A DNA stretch of 64,000 bases. Source: Clostridiales bacterium (lineage in GTDB: Bacteria > Bacillota > Clostridia > Oscillospirales > CAG-272). Below, one piece after another: positions 9,124 through 17,223 of the stretch; positions within the stretch are counted from its first letter, which is position 1, and the number at the start of each line of letters is the position of its first letter. The stretch lies in assembly GCA_022793655.1 (NCBI GenBank), contig JAAWDG010000011.1, positions 115,135 to 179,134 on the forward strand, given 5' to 3'. Below the pieces are notes generated by a model that saw only the letters and a list, made by a program, of their open reading frames with translations, was not told the origin of the DNA and made no database searches. A program made the position numbers and the translations under genes.

Positions 9124-10181
9124 GACTGTGCCCCAAGCGCGGTTTCAATTACTTTTGTGATGATTTCTGTGTAGGAGTATCCCGCGGCTATCATCATTTT
9201 TGGAAAACGGCTTTTGTCGGTAAAACCAGGAATCGTATTGATTTCATTGAACAAAATGTCACCGTCAGGCGTGAGAAAAAGATCAATTCTGGCAAATCCG
9301 CGGCAGTCAAATAATTGATATAGGGCGATGGCTGTTTGCCTTATTTGTGCGGCTTGCGATTTAGTGAGGCGGGCAGGCACATGAATTTGGGCATTTTTAA
9401 GTGAATATTTGGTCTCGTAATCAAAAAATGATTTTTGTATCTCAATTTCATCGATTTCGCCAATCGTAAGAGAACATTCTGGATTCCCCATGATCGCACA
9501 GCCTAATTCAACTCCTTCTATATAAGATTCAAACACCGCTTCACAATCATACGAAAAAGCAAGTTTAGCTGCACTTGGCAAATCACGTCGATATTCCACT
9601 TTTGTGATGCCGAATGAAGAACCAGCACGAAGGGGTTTAACCATAAGGGGGTAGCCAATTTCTTCTCCGATTTTAAAAAGAGATGTTTCGTTGGTGCTTT
9701 GATGAATTAAATGGGTCCTTGGCACTTTAATGCCATGTGATAAAGCGAATTGATGGGCACGATACTTGTCCATACATAGGGCTGAACAAAGAGTGCCGCA
9801 GCCAATTAACGAAATGCCTGTTAATGCTAAAAGCCCTTGCACAGTGCCGTCCTCACCATTTTGGCCGTGCAGCAGCGGTAAGGCTGCGTCAATTTCAATC
9901 AATTGTGTTTGTTTGGCTTCTTGAACCATAATCTTATTTTGCTTTATGCCAGGCATAATGCTCACAGGTTTACAGAAAGCTGACTGCTGCCATTGATCTT
10001 GGCTGATTAGATCGATTGGTCCTGTGTATAAAAACCATTCGCCTTGTTGGGTTATTCCGATGCATATGGGATGGTACAATGTTTGATCAATATGAGAGAT
10101 GACTGAAGCAGCCGAGCTAAGAGAGACTTTGTATTCAGGCGAAGCACCGCCGAACAAAATCGCAATATTTCTTTTTTTCAT
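9120..10181 (-). CDS. vanG: D-alanine--D-serine ligase, VanG-like (ATP-grasp Ddl family)
   Basis: MKKRNIAILFGGASPEYKVSLSSAASV Ddl N-terminus and ATP-grasp C-terminus. Lies between vanRS and vanXY-vanT. Confidence 0.8.
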   Translation of the reverse strand: MKKRNIAILFGGASPEYKVSLSSAASVISHIDQTLYHPICIGITQQGEWFLYTGPIDLISQDQWQQSAFCKPVSIMPGIKQNKIMVQEAKQTQLIEIDAALPLLHGQNGEDGTVQGLLALTGISLIGCGTLCSALCMDKYRAHQFALSHGIKVPRTHLIHQSTNETSLFKIGEEIGYPLMVKPLRAGSSFGITKVEYRRDLPSAAKLAFSYDCEAVFESYIEGVELGCAIMGNPECSLTIGEIDEIEIQKSFFDYETKYSLKNAQIHVPARLTKSQAAQIRQTAIALYQLFDCRGFARIDLFLTPDGDILFNEINTIPGFTDKSRFPKMMIAAGYSYTEIITKVIETALGAQS

Positions 10182-10273
10182 TTTTATTCACCATACTTTC
10201 TATCTGTTTTTATGAAGCAGATTCATATTCTAAATATCTGTTTCGCTATTTAGCTTATTTTGAGTATAAGAAA

Positions 10274-10301
10274 AACCTCTGGTACAATCATACCAGAGGT
10301 T
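10274..10301 (-). terminator. Hairpin after vanS (terminator-like, overlaps the vanG promoter spacer)
   Basis: 11-bp stem aacctctggta/taccagaggtt. On the minus strand it is followed by tttttcttatact. Confidence 0.5.
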
Positions 10302-10350
10302 AAAAGAGAACGCTTTTTGATTTTTTCAAGGTTTTCTATTTTTTTTATTC

Positions 10351-10372
10351 TGAAATTCTTACAATTTTCTAA
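10351..10372 (-). promoter_or_regulatory. Tandem 11-bp direct repeats, candidate VanR (OmpR-type) boxes
   Basis: Minus strand reads TTAGAAAATTG TAAGAATTTCA, contiguous with 11-bp phasing, between the vanS stop and vanG. Confidence 0.35.
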
Positions 10373-10402
10373 CAAATATCGTTTTTTAGACAAAGAACCC
10401 TT

Positions 10403-11461
10403 TCAAAGGGGCAGCCGAACGGTGAAAGTGATGCTTTCGTTTTCGCTTGCCGCCGTGATTTGGCCGTGGTGCAGTTCTACAATTTCTTTGGCAATCGCAA
10501 GGCCAAGACCGGCGCCCCCGGTTGAGGTGGCGCGCGCGGCGTCTAATCTGAAAAACTGATCAAATAATCGGCCTAATTTTTCAGACGGAATTGTTTTGCC
10601 TGTGTTCTGCAGAGTAATTACTGCTTGTTCTTGTTCAGTTGTGGCTGAAAGCGTAACCATGTGATTGGCATAACTATAGGCAACCGCATTGCGTACTAAA
10701 TTATCGAAAACCCGGCCTATTTTATCTGGGTCACCGAGAATGTATAACGACTCCTCAATGTCGAGCTGCCATTGCAGACCCTTTTCGGCTAAAATAGGTT
10801 CAAATTCGCTGGCTATCTGTTTTAGCATAAAGCTGAGGTTAATGCGGCTGCGCTCTATCGTGAGATGCGTTAGGCTAAAGCGGGTAATGTCAAAAAATTC
10901 ATTTACTAAATCTTCTAATCGTTCGGCTTTGGTGAGTGCAATGCCGATATAGCGTTCCCGCAGTTCGTCGGATATTTGTTTTTCGTCCCGTAGAAGGGAA
11001 AGGTAACCAATAACGCTGGTGAGCGGTGTTTTTAAATCATGTGCTAAGTAGACAATTAGATCGTTTTTACGCTGTTCGGCCTCTTTGGTGCTGGCGGCTT
11101 GTTTGATCGCTTGTTCTCTGACTAAATTAAGCTCATCCTGCACCTCTTTTAATTCTTCAGATAAAATAATGGGCCTTTGCGATGGCTCTGCTAACTGATC
11201 AGAGGCGTCAATAATTTCGTCTAAATAGCGAAGAGGCTTTGCAATGAAGATGTAAGAGATGACGGCGCCGCCGATCAGCAAAAAGAAACTGCCCCATAAA
11301 AGAATGTTTTCTTCAAACCATTTTAGCAAGTGATAAAGGGGATTTCTGTCATGCCAGATAAACATCCTGAAAAATACGTTAGCTAACCAATAGCATACAA
11401 TAAACCCCACAACCAGCAAAAAAAGGGATAAGAGAAAGCGAAACAAAAGTTTGCGTGCCAT
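10403..11461 (-). CDS. vanS: Sensor histidine kinase VanS
   Basis: H-box YLAHDLKTPLTS and G-boxes GGAGLGLAIAKE. Start is uncertain: ATG at 11461 gives MARKLLFRFLL..., and the track GTG at 11524 overlaps vanR. Confidence 0.8.
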   Translation of the reverse strand: MARKLLFRFLLSLFLLVVGFIVCYWLANVFFRMFIWHDRNPLYHLLKWFEENILLWGSFFLLIGGAVISYIFIAKPLRYLDEIIDASDQLAEPSQRPIILSEELKEVQDELNLVREQAIKQAASTKEAEQRKNDLIVYLAHDLKTPLTSVIGYLSLLRDEKQISDELRERYIGIALTKAERLEDLVNEFFDITRFSLTHLTIERSRINLSFMLKQIASEFEPILAEKGLQWQLDIEESLYILGDPDKIGRVFDNLVRNAVAYSYANHMVTLSATTEQEQAVITLQNTGKTIPSEKLGRLFDQFFRLDAARATSTGGAGLGLAIAKEIVELHHGQITAASENESITFTVRLPL

Positions 11462-11498
11462 TTTGCTTTGCAGCTTACGCACATTATTTGTCTTTATT

Positions 11499-12188
11499 TT
11501 ATTGTTCAATCGTATACCCCACACCCCATACGGTTTTGATGTATTTTGGTTTGCGCGCCGGTTCTTTCATTTTTTCACGCAGTCTGGCGATATGAGCCAT
11601 CACGGTGTTATTGCTGTCTAGGTATTTATCGCCCCATACGGCTTCAAAGAGTTCTTCTGAGGAGACAACATGTCCTTTGCGTTCGCAAAGATACCAAAGA
11701 ATATTGAATTCAATCGGCGTTAGTGACAACTCTTCGCCGTTTAACAGGCATTTGTGGTTATCTTGACAGATATAGAGTCCTTTATGGTCATATTCAGTTG
11801 GTTGAGATTCGGTTTTGTTATAACGGGTATAACGGCGAAGCTGAGTTTTAACTCTGGCCACTAATTCAAGCGGATTAAAGGGTTTGGTCATATAATCATC
11901 GGCGCCCAGTGTGAGTCCGGTGATTTTATCAATGTCCTCAATTTTCGCTGTCAGCATAATAATAGGGAAAAGATATTTCTCTCTAATTTGCTGACAGAGT
12001 GTGAACCCGTCCAAATCTGGCAGCATGATATCTAACAGCGCTAAATCAATTGTTTCTTGCGCAAGACAGGCAAGAGCGCTTTGCGCGTTATAAAACTTAT
12101 ATACGTTAAAATTTTCATTTTTAAGATAGACTTCTATTAAATCAGCGATTTCTTTTTCGTCATCTACAACAAGAATGTTCTGGCTCAT
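11499..12188 (-). CDS. vanR: OmpR-family response regulator VanR
   Basis: Receiver LVVDDE...DLALLDIMLPDLDG plus winged-helix C-terminus TVWGVGY. RBS aaaggaa. Confidence 0.85.
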   Translation of the reverse strand: MSQNILVVDDEKEIADLIEVYLKNENFNVYKFYNAQSALACLAQETIDLALLDIMLPDLDGFTLCQQIREKYLFPIIMLTAKIEDIDKITGLTLGADDYMTKPFNPLELVARVKTQLRRYTRYNKTESQPTEYDHKGLYICQDNHKCLLNGEELSLTPIEFNILWYLCERKGHVVSSEELFEAVWGDKYLDSNNTVMAHIARLREKMKEPARKPKYIKTVWGVGYTIEQ

Positions 12189-12265
12189 AGCATGTTCCTT
12201 TCATTCATAGATGGTGTGTCTTTTGTGATAGCACATTATTAAAAGTATGGCGTTTCGGCGGGGAT

Positions 12266-12362
12266 AACATTCGGACGTTTTTAGCTATGTCAGCAGGCAG
12301 CCCTATTGGCTGCAAGGTAAACTTTCTAAGAATAACCAGATAGGGTTATTCTTATTATAGCA
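12266..12362 (-). repeat. Structured intergenic element copy E4 (in the vanR upstream region)
   Basis: Minus strand: TGCTATAAT, hairpin aagaataacc/ggttattctt, linker AGAAAGTTTACCTTG, hairpin gcagcc/ggctgc, CTGCTGACAT. 16-mer ATTCTTAGAAAGTTTA is identical to 26405-26420. Confidence 0.55.
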
Positions 12363-12587
12363 TATGTTGCAATAAATTTCGAGTTTATGTTTGCATGCTT
12401 TGCTCTTGCTGCAATAATGTTCGATTTGTTTTGGCAGTCACCAAGTAATTGATCGTATGAAAAAGAACTTGGTATGAAAATTTGCATCATGGTTTTTCAA
12501 AATCTTTTGTAAAAATACCATATCAAAAAAATTTTATAATAAGAGCGCTAAGTAAGGCATTCAGTTGATTCAAAAAACTGGATAAAA

Positions 12588-12640
12588 ATAGAAAAACCGA
12601 GTGTTCTTAATAGAATCCCAAATCCTATAAGAGCACTCGG
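12588..12640 (-). terminator. Intrinsic terminator of tRNA-Pro
   Basis: About 16-bp imperfect stem (12597-12613/12625-12640), followed on the minus strand by tttttct. Confidence 0.7.
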
Positions 12641-12642
12641 CA

Positions 12643-12718
12643 TGGTCGGAGTGACAGGATTCGAACCTGCGGCCTCAACATCCCAAATGTCGCGCGCTAC
12701 CAACTGCGCTACACCCCG
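12643..12718 (-). tRNA. tRNA-Pro (anticodon UGG), CCA encoded
   Basis: Reverse complement CGGGGTG...TTTGGGA...GGTTCGAATCCTGTCACTCCGACCA. Cloverleaf with 7-bp acceptor stem; anticodon loop is TT-TGG-GA. Confidence 0.95.
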
Positions 12719-12740
12719 ATCTATTTATATGCTACTATTT

Positions 12741-12769
12741 AGTATATCAGATTACATAAAAAATGTCAA
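12741..12769 (-). promoter_or_regulatory. Promoter of tRNA-Pro
   Basis: Minus strand: TTGACA (12769-12764), 17 nt, TATACT (12746-12741). Confidence 0.65.
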
Positions 12770-12919
12770 TACACAAAAGTGCAAGTAATTTTTGATTTGT
12801 AAAAATGAAATTATAACACGAATAAGGCAGTCCGATTAGGCCAGATATTGTAAAATATGCGGTCTTGTGGTATACTTAAACGAGAAATTGATTAAATATA
12901 AGTGATTCATGAAGAATTT

Positions 12920-13010
12920 GTCAAATATGGTCGGCGTTTCTTGCGAAATGTCAGTGATTATGTTAACATAAGAATAAATCTAAAAGTTTCATCTTAGAAA
13001 ATTTGTTTTT
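12920..13010 (-). repeat. Degenerate element copy E5
   Basis: Minus strand: TTAGATTTATTC linker, ttatg/cataa hairpin, TCAC TGACATTTCG..GAAACGCCGACC. Compare E1: TGACATTCCGG...GAAACGCCAATC. Confidence 0.35.
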
Positions 13011-13167
13011 TCGCTTATATAAGCAAAATTCCAGCATAGCTGGTTGGACGAAACGCTATAAAATGATAGCATTTAGGGAAATACTATTATATTCAATTTG
13101 ATCGAATCACTTGTGGTCAAATCTTAATTTGCTACTAAGCTTTAAAATTGAATTTGGCGGAGAAAAA

Positions 13168-14664
13168 ATGATTTGTAAAAAATGCGGACAAGAAACGAAT
13201 AGCAACGATGCTTTTTGTGCTCACTGTAAAGAGCCTTTAAAAAAGAATATGATGAGTCGGGCGTTGGATACACTTAAACAAATGCCGCTTCGCAATTGGC
13301 TGTGTGTTATCATTTTAGTACTGGCGCTTGTAATTGCCGTGTGGGTTTTAGCTTATAGTTTTCGGCCAGGACCTTTTTCATCCAAAACAGTCACAATTAC
13401 TTGTGTTGAAGATGGAAAAGATACAGTGTTTTTTTATAATGATAAGCTGTTAGAGGGAACTTTTTCGGGCGTCATGGTAAATTCATCTACTTCTATGTAT
13501 GGTGATTTGCTGGTGTTTATGACCGAACAGGACGAGTTATATATGGTCAATAAAAAAGGATTGTACCTCATATCCAATAATGTAGCCGCCTATCGAATGG
13601 CTTCTTATGGCGGCGGTCTTGCTTATGTCAATTCAGAGGGAGAGCTTTTCCGTTTTACTTGCAAAAACAAAAAAACAAAACAAATTGATACAGATGTGCT
13701 CGATAGTCATATCAGCGTTTCTTCGGGCGGCGATGCAATTGCTTATCTAAAAAAAGAGGCTGATAGCGAAGTTATGTATTGCTTTTCTGGTAAAAAGACT
13801 GAGCGGTATGCTGAGGATCGAACGCCGGTGGCTGTGTCGGATGGATTAAAGCATCTTTATACAGTTGATGGATCTATGAATTTATATTATACATCCGGCG
13901 GAAAAGAGACAGCGGTTTTTCGTAACGTAGCTAATACTTTTGCATTTGATAACGATTTTTCAGATATTTTGTTTTATGCTGATTCAGGCAGTTATTTGTT
14001 TAAGCCAGGAAGTGAAGCTACACTGGTATCAGATGCAATGGTTGATTTAGTTTGTAGCGTAGAATTGGCCAGTTATAGAAGTAATCCTTCATTTTCGATG
14101 GATACTATTATCGTGTCTTATGGCATTCGTACCTTTGCTAATAAGTTTTATGCAGACATTAATCAGAATTTGCATTATGTAGGAAGAAAATATCAATCAT
14201 CTTTAATCGATACCTTGGTTTCAATGCCAATGGTCAATGATAAAGGCAGTCGTGTTTATTACGTGAAAGACTTTAATTTAGTTTCTTCCACATCAAAAGG
14301 AAAGACCAGCGTATTAGCTAAAGGCATTGCCAGTTATCATATGACAGGAGATGGCCGCTATCTATATTATATGGATCAAAACAGTGTTTTATGGGGAAAA
14401 CGAGGCAATCTGAAAGCTAAGAAGATAGCCGAAGCAATCAATATCGTTCGCCAAAGTGGCCGTGATTATTTGTTTTACACGATACAACGGGATGGTGTAA
14501 ATGACTTATATGTCATTCGCGGTGTCTCAAAACCCAAGCTCTTGTGTGAAAATGTGAGCAGTTTTTCGGCTGCTGCAGGCTCGGCTTATTATGAAGAAGC
14601 GGGCAGTTACTATTTTAGTAGTGGAAATAGTAAATTCAAAAAAATATATGCCAAAGCAAAATAA
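13168..14664 (+). CDS. Zinc-ribbon / single-TM / large extracytoplasmic repeat (propeller-like) protein
   Basis: MICKKCGQETNSNDAFCAHCKEPL, TM WLCVIILVLALVIAVWVLAY, then ~410 aa of Y/G-rich strand-like repeats. ATG at 13168 follows ggcggag; the track start at 13111 is unsupported. Confidence 0.65.
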   Translation: MICKKCGQETNSNDAFCAHCKEPLKKNMMSRALDTLKQMPLRNWLCVIILVLALVIAVWVLAYSFRPGPFSSKTVTITCVEDGKDTVFFYNDKLLEGTFSGVMVNSSTSMYGDLLVFMTEQDELYMVNKKGLYLISNNVAAYRMASYGGGLAYVNSEGELFRFTCKNKKTKQIDTDVLDSHISVSSGGDAIAYLKKEADSEVMYCFSGKKTERYAEDRTPVAVSDGLKHLYTVDGSMNLYYTSGGKETAVFRNVANTFAFDNDFSDILFYADSGSYLFKPGSEATLVSDAMVDLVCSVELASYRSNPSFSMDTIIVSYGIRTFANKFYADINQNLHYVGRKYQSSLIDTLVSMPMVNDKGSRVYYVKDFNLVSSTSKGKTSVLAKGIASYHMTGDGRYLYYMDQNSVLWGKRGNLKAKKIAEAINIVRQSGRDYLFYTIQRDGVNDLYVIRGVSKPKLLCENVSSFSAAAGSAYYEEAGSYYFSSGNSKFKKIYAKAK

Positions 14665-14688
14665 ACCGCTGGTAGCGGTTTATTTTAT
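14663..14688 (+). terminator. Intrinsic terminator
   Basis: aaaccgct ggt agcggttt followed by attttat. Confidence 0.55.
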
Positions 14689-14738
14689 CGATTTTGGTCT
14701 TACAATAGAAATAGAGTAAGACGAATATCGAGGTATAT

Positions 14739-15539
14739 ATGATGAATAAATATTTGTGTCTTTTTATGGGGTTGCTTGTTTCTTTGTCGTTTTGTGCTTG
14801 CAGTCAAGATGATAATGTTGTAGAAGCGTCAATCTTTTCATTTGACAAATCGTCGGCTTTGTTGTTAAATATAGAAGATCAAATTATTTTGATTAATACC
14901 GGCGGACCTGAAGAGGCCAAAAAGATATTGCAATATTTGCATGAGCAAGAGATTAATCGAATTGATCTATTGATTCTCTCTTCTTTTACCAGCGATTGTA
15001 TGGGCGGCGCTGAGAAAATCATTAAAAACATTGACATTGGCAGGGTGTATGAACCGGTCTATAGCATGGGCAACGAATATGTCAAAGAGTATTATTTTGC
15101 GTTAAGCGCCAAGGATATTATGCCAATTGTAGTCAGAGAAGATCTCACCATTTCGATAGGGCATGAAAGTCTTTGTTTGTTCGTTTCCGGTCAGGAAAGT
15201 GAAAAGGAAACATCCAATCAAGTGCTTGCCGTAAAGGCGGACTGTTCAGGACAGCAATTTTTATACTGGCCGTCTATGGACGATTCTTCCATTCTTGTAG
15301 ATGGACATTGTGATTTGTTCTGCGATTATCTTTATGTGCCCAATTATCATGATTGGCAGGCTTTTGCAAATCTGCTTGCTATGACCAAACCCCGTATGGC
15401 ATTTATTTCAAAGCAGACAGTACAAATGAAAAAAGAAGCAGAAAAAGTTTCACAAGAGGCCGGCTGCACGATATATTTTATCAATCAGGAATTTTTATCC
15501 GTTCGGTATGAGAATGGACAGGCAGAAATAGGATCATGA
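14739..15539 (+). CDS. Probable lipoprotein with degenerate metallo-beta-lactamase (ComEC-type) fold
   Basis: Signal plus Cys (LVSLSFCAC). ILINTGG...IDLLILSSFTSDCMGG aligns to the MBL ILIDxG...THxHxDHxGG region but lacks the His ligands. Confidence 0.5.
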   Translation: MMNKYLCLFMGLLVSLSFCACSQDDNVVEASIFSFDKSSALLLNIEDQIILINTGGPEEAKKILQYLHEQEINRIDLLILSSFTSDCMGGAEKIIKNIDIGRVYEPVYSMGNEYVKEYYFALSAKDIMPIVVREDLTISIGHESLCLFVSGQESEKETSNQVLAVKADCSGQQFLYWPSMDDSSILVDGHCDLFCDYLYVPNYHDWQAFANLLAMTKPRMAFISKQTVQMKKEAEKVSQEAGCTIYFINQEFLSVRYENGQAEIGS

Positions 15540-17017
15540 AAAGCAAAAGACAGACAGTGAAAAAATTAACGAGCATTATATTATCGACGTTGTTTGCGCT
15601 GCAAACAATTGGCATGCCGGTATTGCAGGCAGAGGATGCGTGGGTGTGGCCGGTTCCAGGCAGTTATGTGATCAATTCACTTGACTATTATCAAGATGGA
15701 TCACCACATAATGAAGGACAATGTGTGGATATTGGCCACAATGGTTTTAATGGCAGCGAGCGTCTTGACATTGTTTCGAGTACGTCGGGTATTGTTGAAC
15801 GCATAGTGACTTCCTATGGTGATTATAACATTAATGATGGATCATGGGGCAATTATGTCATGATTCGCTATAATAACATATATATTATCTATGCGCACTT
15901 AAAATCGGTCAGTGTAAAAAAGGGACAGCGGGTATCGGCTGGTACGGTGCTGGGTAAAATGGGTACATCTGGCAACAGCACCGGCGTGCATTTGCATTTG
16001 CAGGCTTTTCCGGTTGGTGCCTCATCCAGCGATACAAGCATTAAGGTGTTTGATAAATTCATCAATAATCCCGATTACATACCTAAATTTCGATTTTTGA
16101 AGGGTTTAGCAACGCATAGCGAGCGATATGGCAGCCTGATTCGCAGTCAGTATAAAAATCTTTCAGGCAGTTATTATGGTTACTCAGGACAGTGGATACA
16201 GGACACGGGCGTTAAACTGGATCGTACCACAGCGGTCTTGCAGTTAGGGGAATCGTTTGTGCTGAAAGCGTCTGTTTTGCCTGATAATGCATCCAACAAA
16301 CAAGTGACTTTTTTTTCAGAGGATGAAACGATCGCTTCCATTGACAAGAATGGCACCGTTCGGGCTAAAGGATATGGTACAACGTTTGTAGGCGCGAGAT
16401 CTTCTTCCGGTCATGTGGCAAAATGCAAGGTAACTGTGGAGAGCCCCTATTTAACGTATGATGGGAAAACATATACCGATGTCAGGTTATCAGACTGGCA
16501 TGTGAATGCGGTAAAAGGCGCTTTAGCAAATCATTTGTTTTATGGTACGTCGGATTCTACATTTGAACCTGATTCTTTGATGACAAGGGGCATGCTTGCG
16601 GCGGTGATTTGTCGCATGGCAAATGCAGATATCTCGGAAAATACAAGCAGCCGCTTTTTGGATCTTGATATGAGCCAGTATTATGCAGGCGCCGTGGTAT
16701 GGGCTGATAAAAAGGGCTTTATGAGCGGCGTGGGGTCCGATATGTTTGAGCCTGATGAACCGTTGACCAGAGAACAGCTTTGCTCAGTGGTTGTTCGTTA
16801 TTATGAATTAACAGGCAAAAGTCTGCCGCATGAAAAAGAAAAAACTGAATTTGCAGATGAAGAGGATATGAGTTCTTGGGCGATAGCGTCTATTTATAAA
16901 GCGCAGCAGGCAGGCTTTATGACAGGCCGGGGCCAAAATCGTTTTGTACCGCAAGATTATGCAACCAGAGCAGAGGTTGCCATGGTGCTTTTAAAGGTAC
17001 AAGATAGCATGCGTTGA
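15536..17017 (+). CDS. Secreted M23 peptidase with Big_2 and three SLH domains
   Basis: Signal peptide. M23 motifs HNEGQCVDIG and TGVHLHLQ. Big_2-like LKASVLPDNASNKQVTFFSEDETIASIDKNGTV. C-terminal SLH-type repeats. ATGA overlap with the upstream gene. Confidence 0.8.
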   Translation: MKSKRQTVKKLTSIILSTLFALQTIGMPVLQAEDAWVWPVPGSYVINSLDYYQDGSPHNEGQCVDIGHNGFNGSERLDIVSSTSGIVERIVTSYGDYNINDGSWGNYVMIRYNNIYIIYAHLKSVSVKKGQRVSAGTVLGKMGTSGNSTGVHLHLQAFPVGASSSDTSIKVFDKFINNPDYIPKFRFLKGLATHSERYGSLIRSQYKNLSGSYYGYSGQWIQDTGVKLDRTTAVLQLGESFVLKASVLPDNASNKQVTFFSEDETIASIDKNGTVRAKGYGTTFVGARSSSGHVAKCKVTVESPYLTYDGKTYTDVRLSDWHVNAVKGALANHLFYGTSDSTFEPDSLMTRGMLAAVICRMANADISENTSSRFLDLDMSQYYAGAVVWADKKGFMSGVGSDMFEPDEPLTREQLCSVVVRYYELTGKSLPHEKEKTEFADEEDMSSWAIASIYKAQQAGFMTGRGQNRFVPQDYATRAEVAMVLLKVQDSMR

Positions 17018-17083
17018 CATAAAATGAAAGTAATGTTACAATATACAATATATTTTGATAAAATAAAGAGTATAGGTTGAAGA

Positions 17084-17125
17084 GGTTTTCTGTGTAAACA
17101 GAGCACAGAAAACCGTTTCACATTT
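17084..17125 (+). terminator. Intrinsic terminator
   Basis: ggttttctgtg/cacagaaaacc stem followed by a T-rich tail. Confidence 0.65.
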
Positions 17126-17223
17126 TCTTCGTTGCATGGTTGACAACCATGAATACAGTGTGTGCTCTTTATGGCACCGTTTGGAACCAGTCAATGATTT
17201 CAAATGGTCAGAATGGAGTTGCT

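Noticed and set aside
12361-12500. 51-codon minus-strand ORF (about 12491 to 12335) running into E4
   Set aside because: It has no RBS and unremarkable composition, and it ends inside the repeat hairpin. It is probably not translated.
6240-12718. van cluster as a tRNA-Pro-integrated genomic island
   Set aside because: The tRNA 3' end faces the cluster, but I found no integrase/recombinase gene and no direct repeat of the tRNA 3' segment (tggtcggagtgacagg...) in 4.6-6.3 kb. There is not enough evidence.
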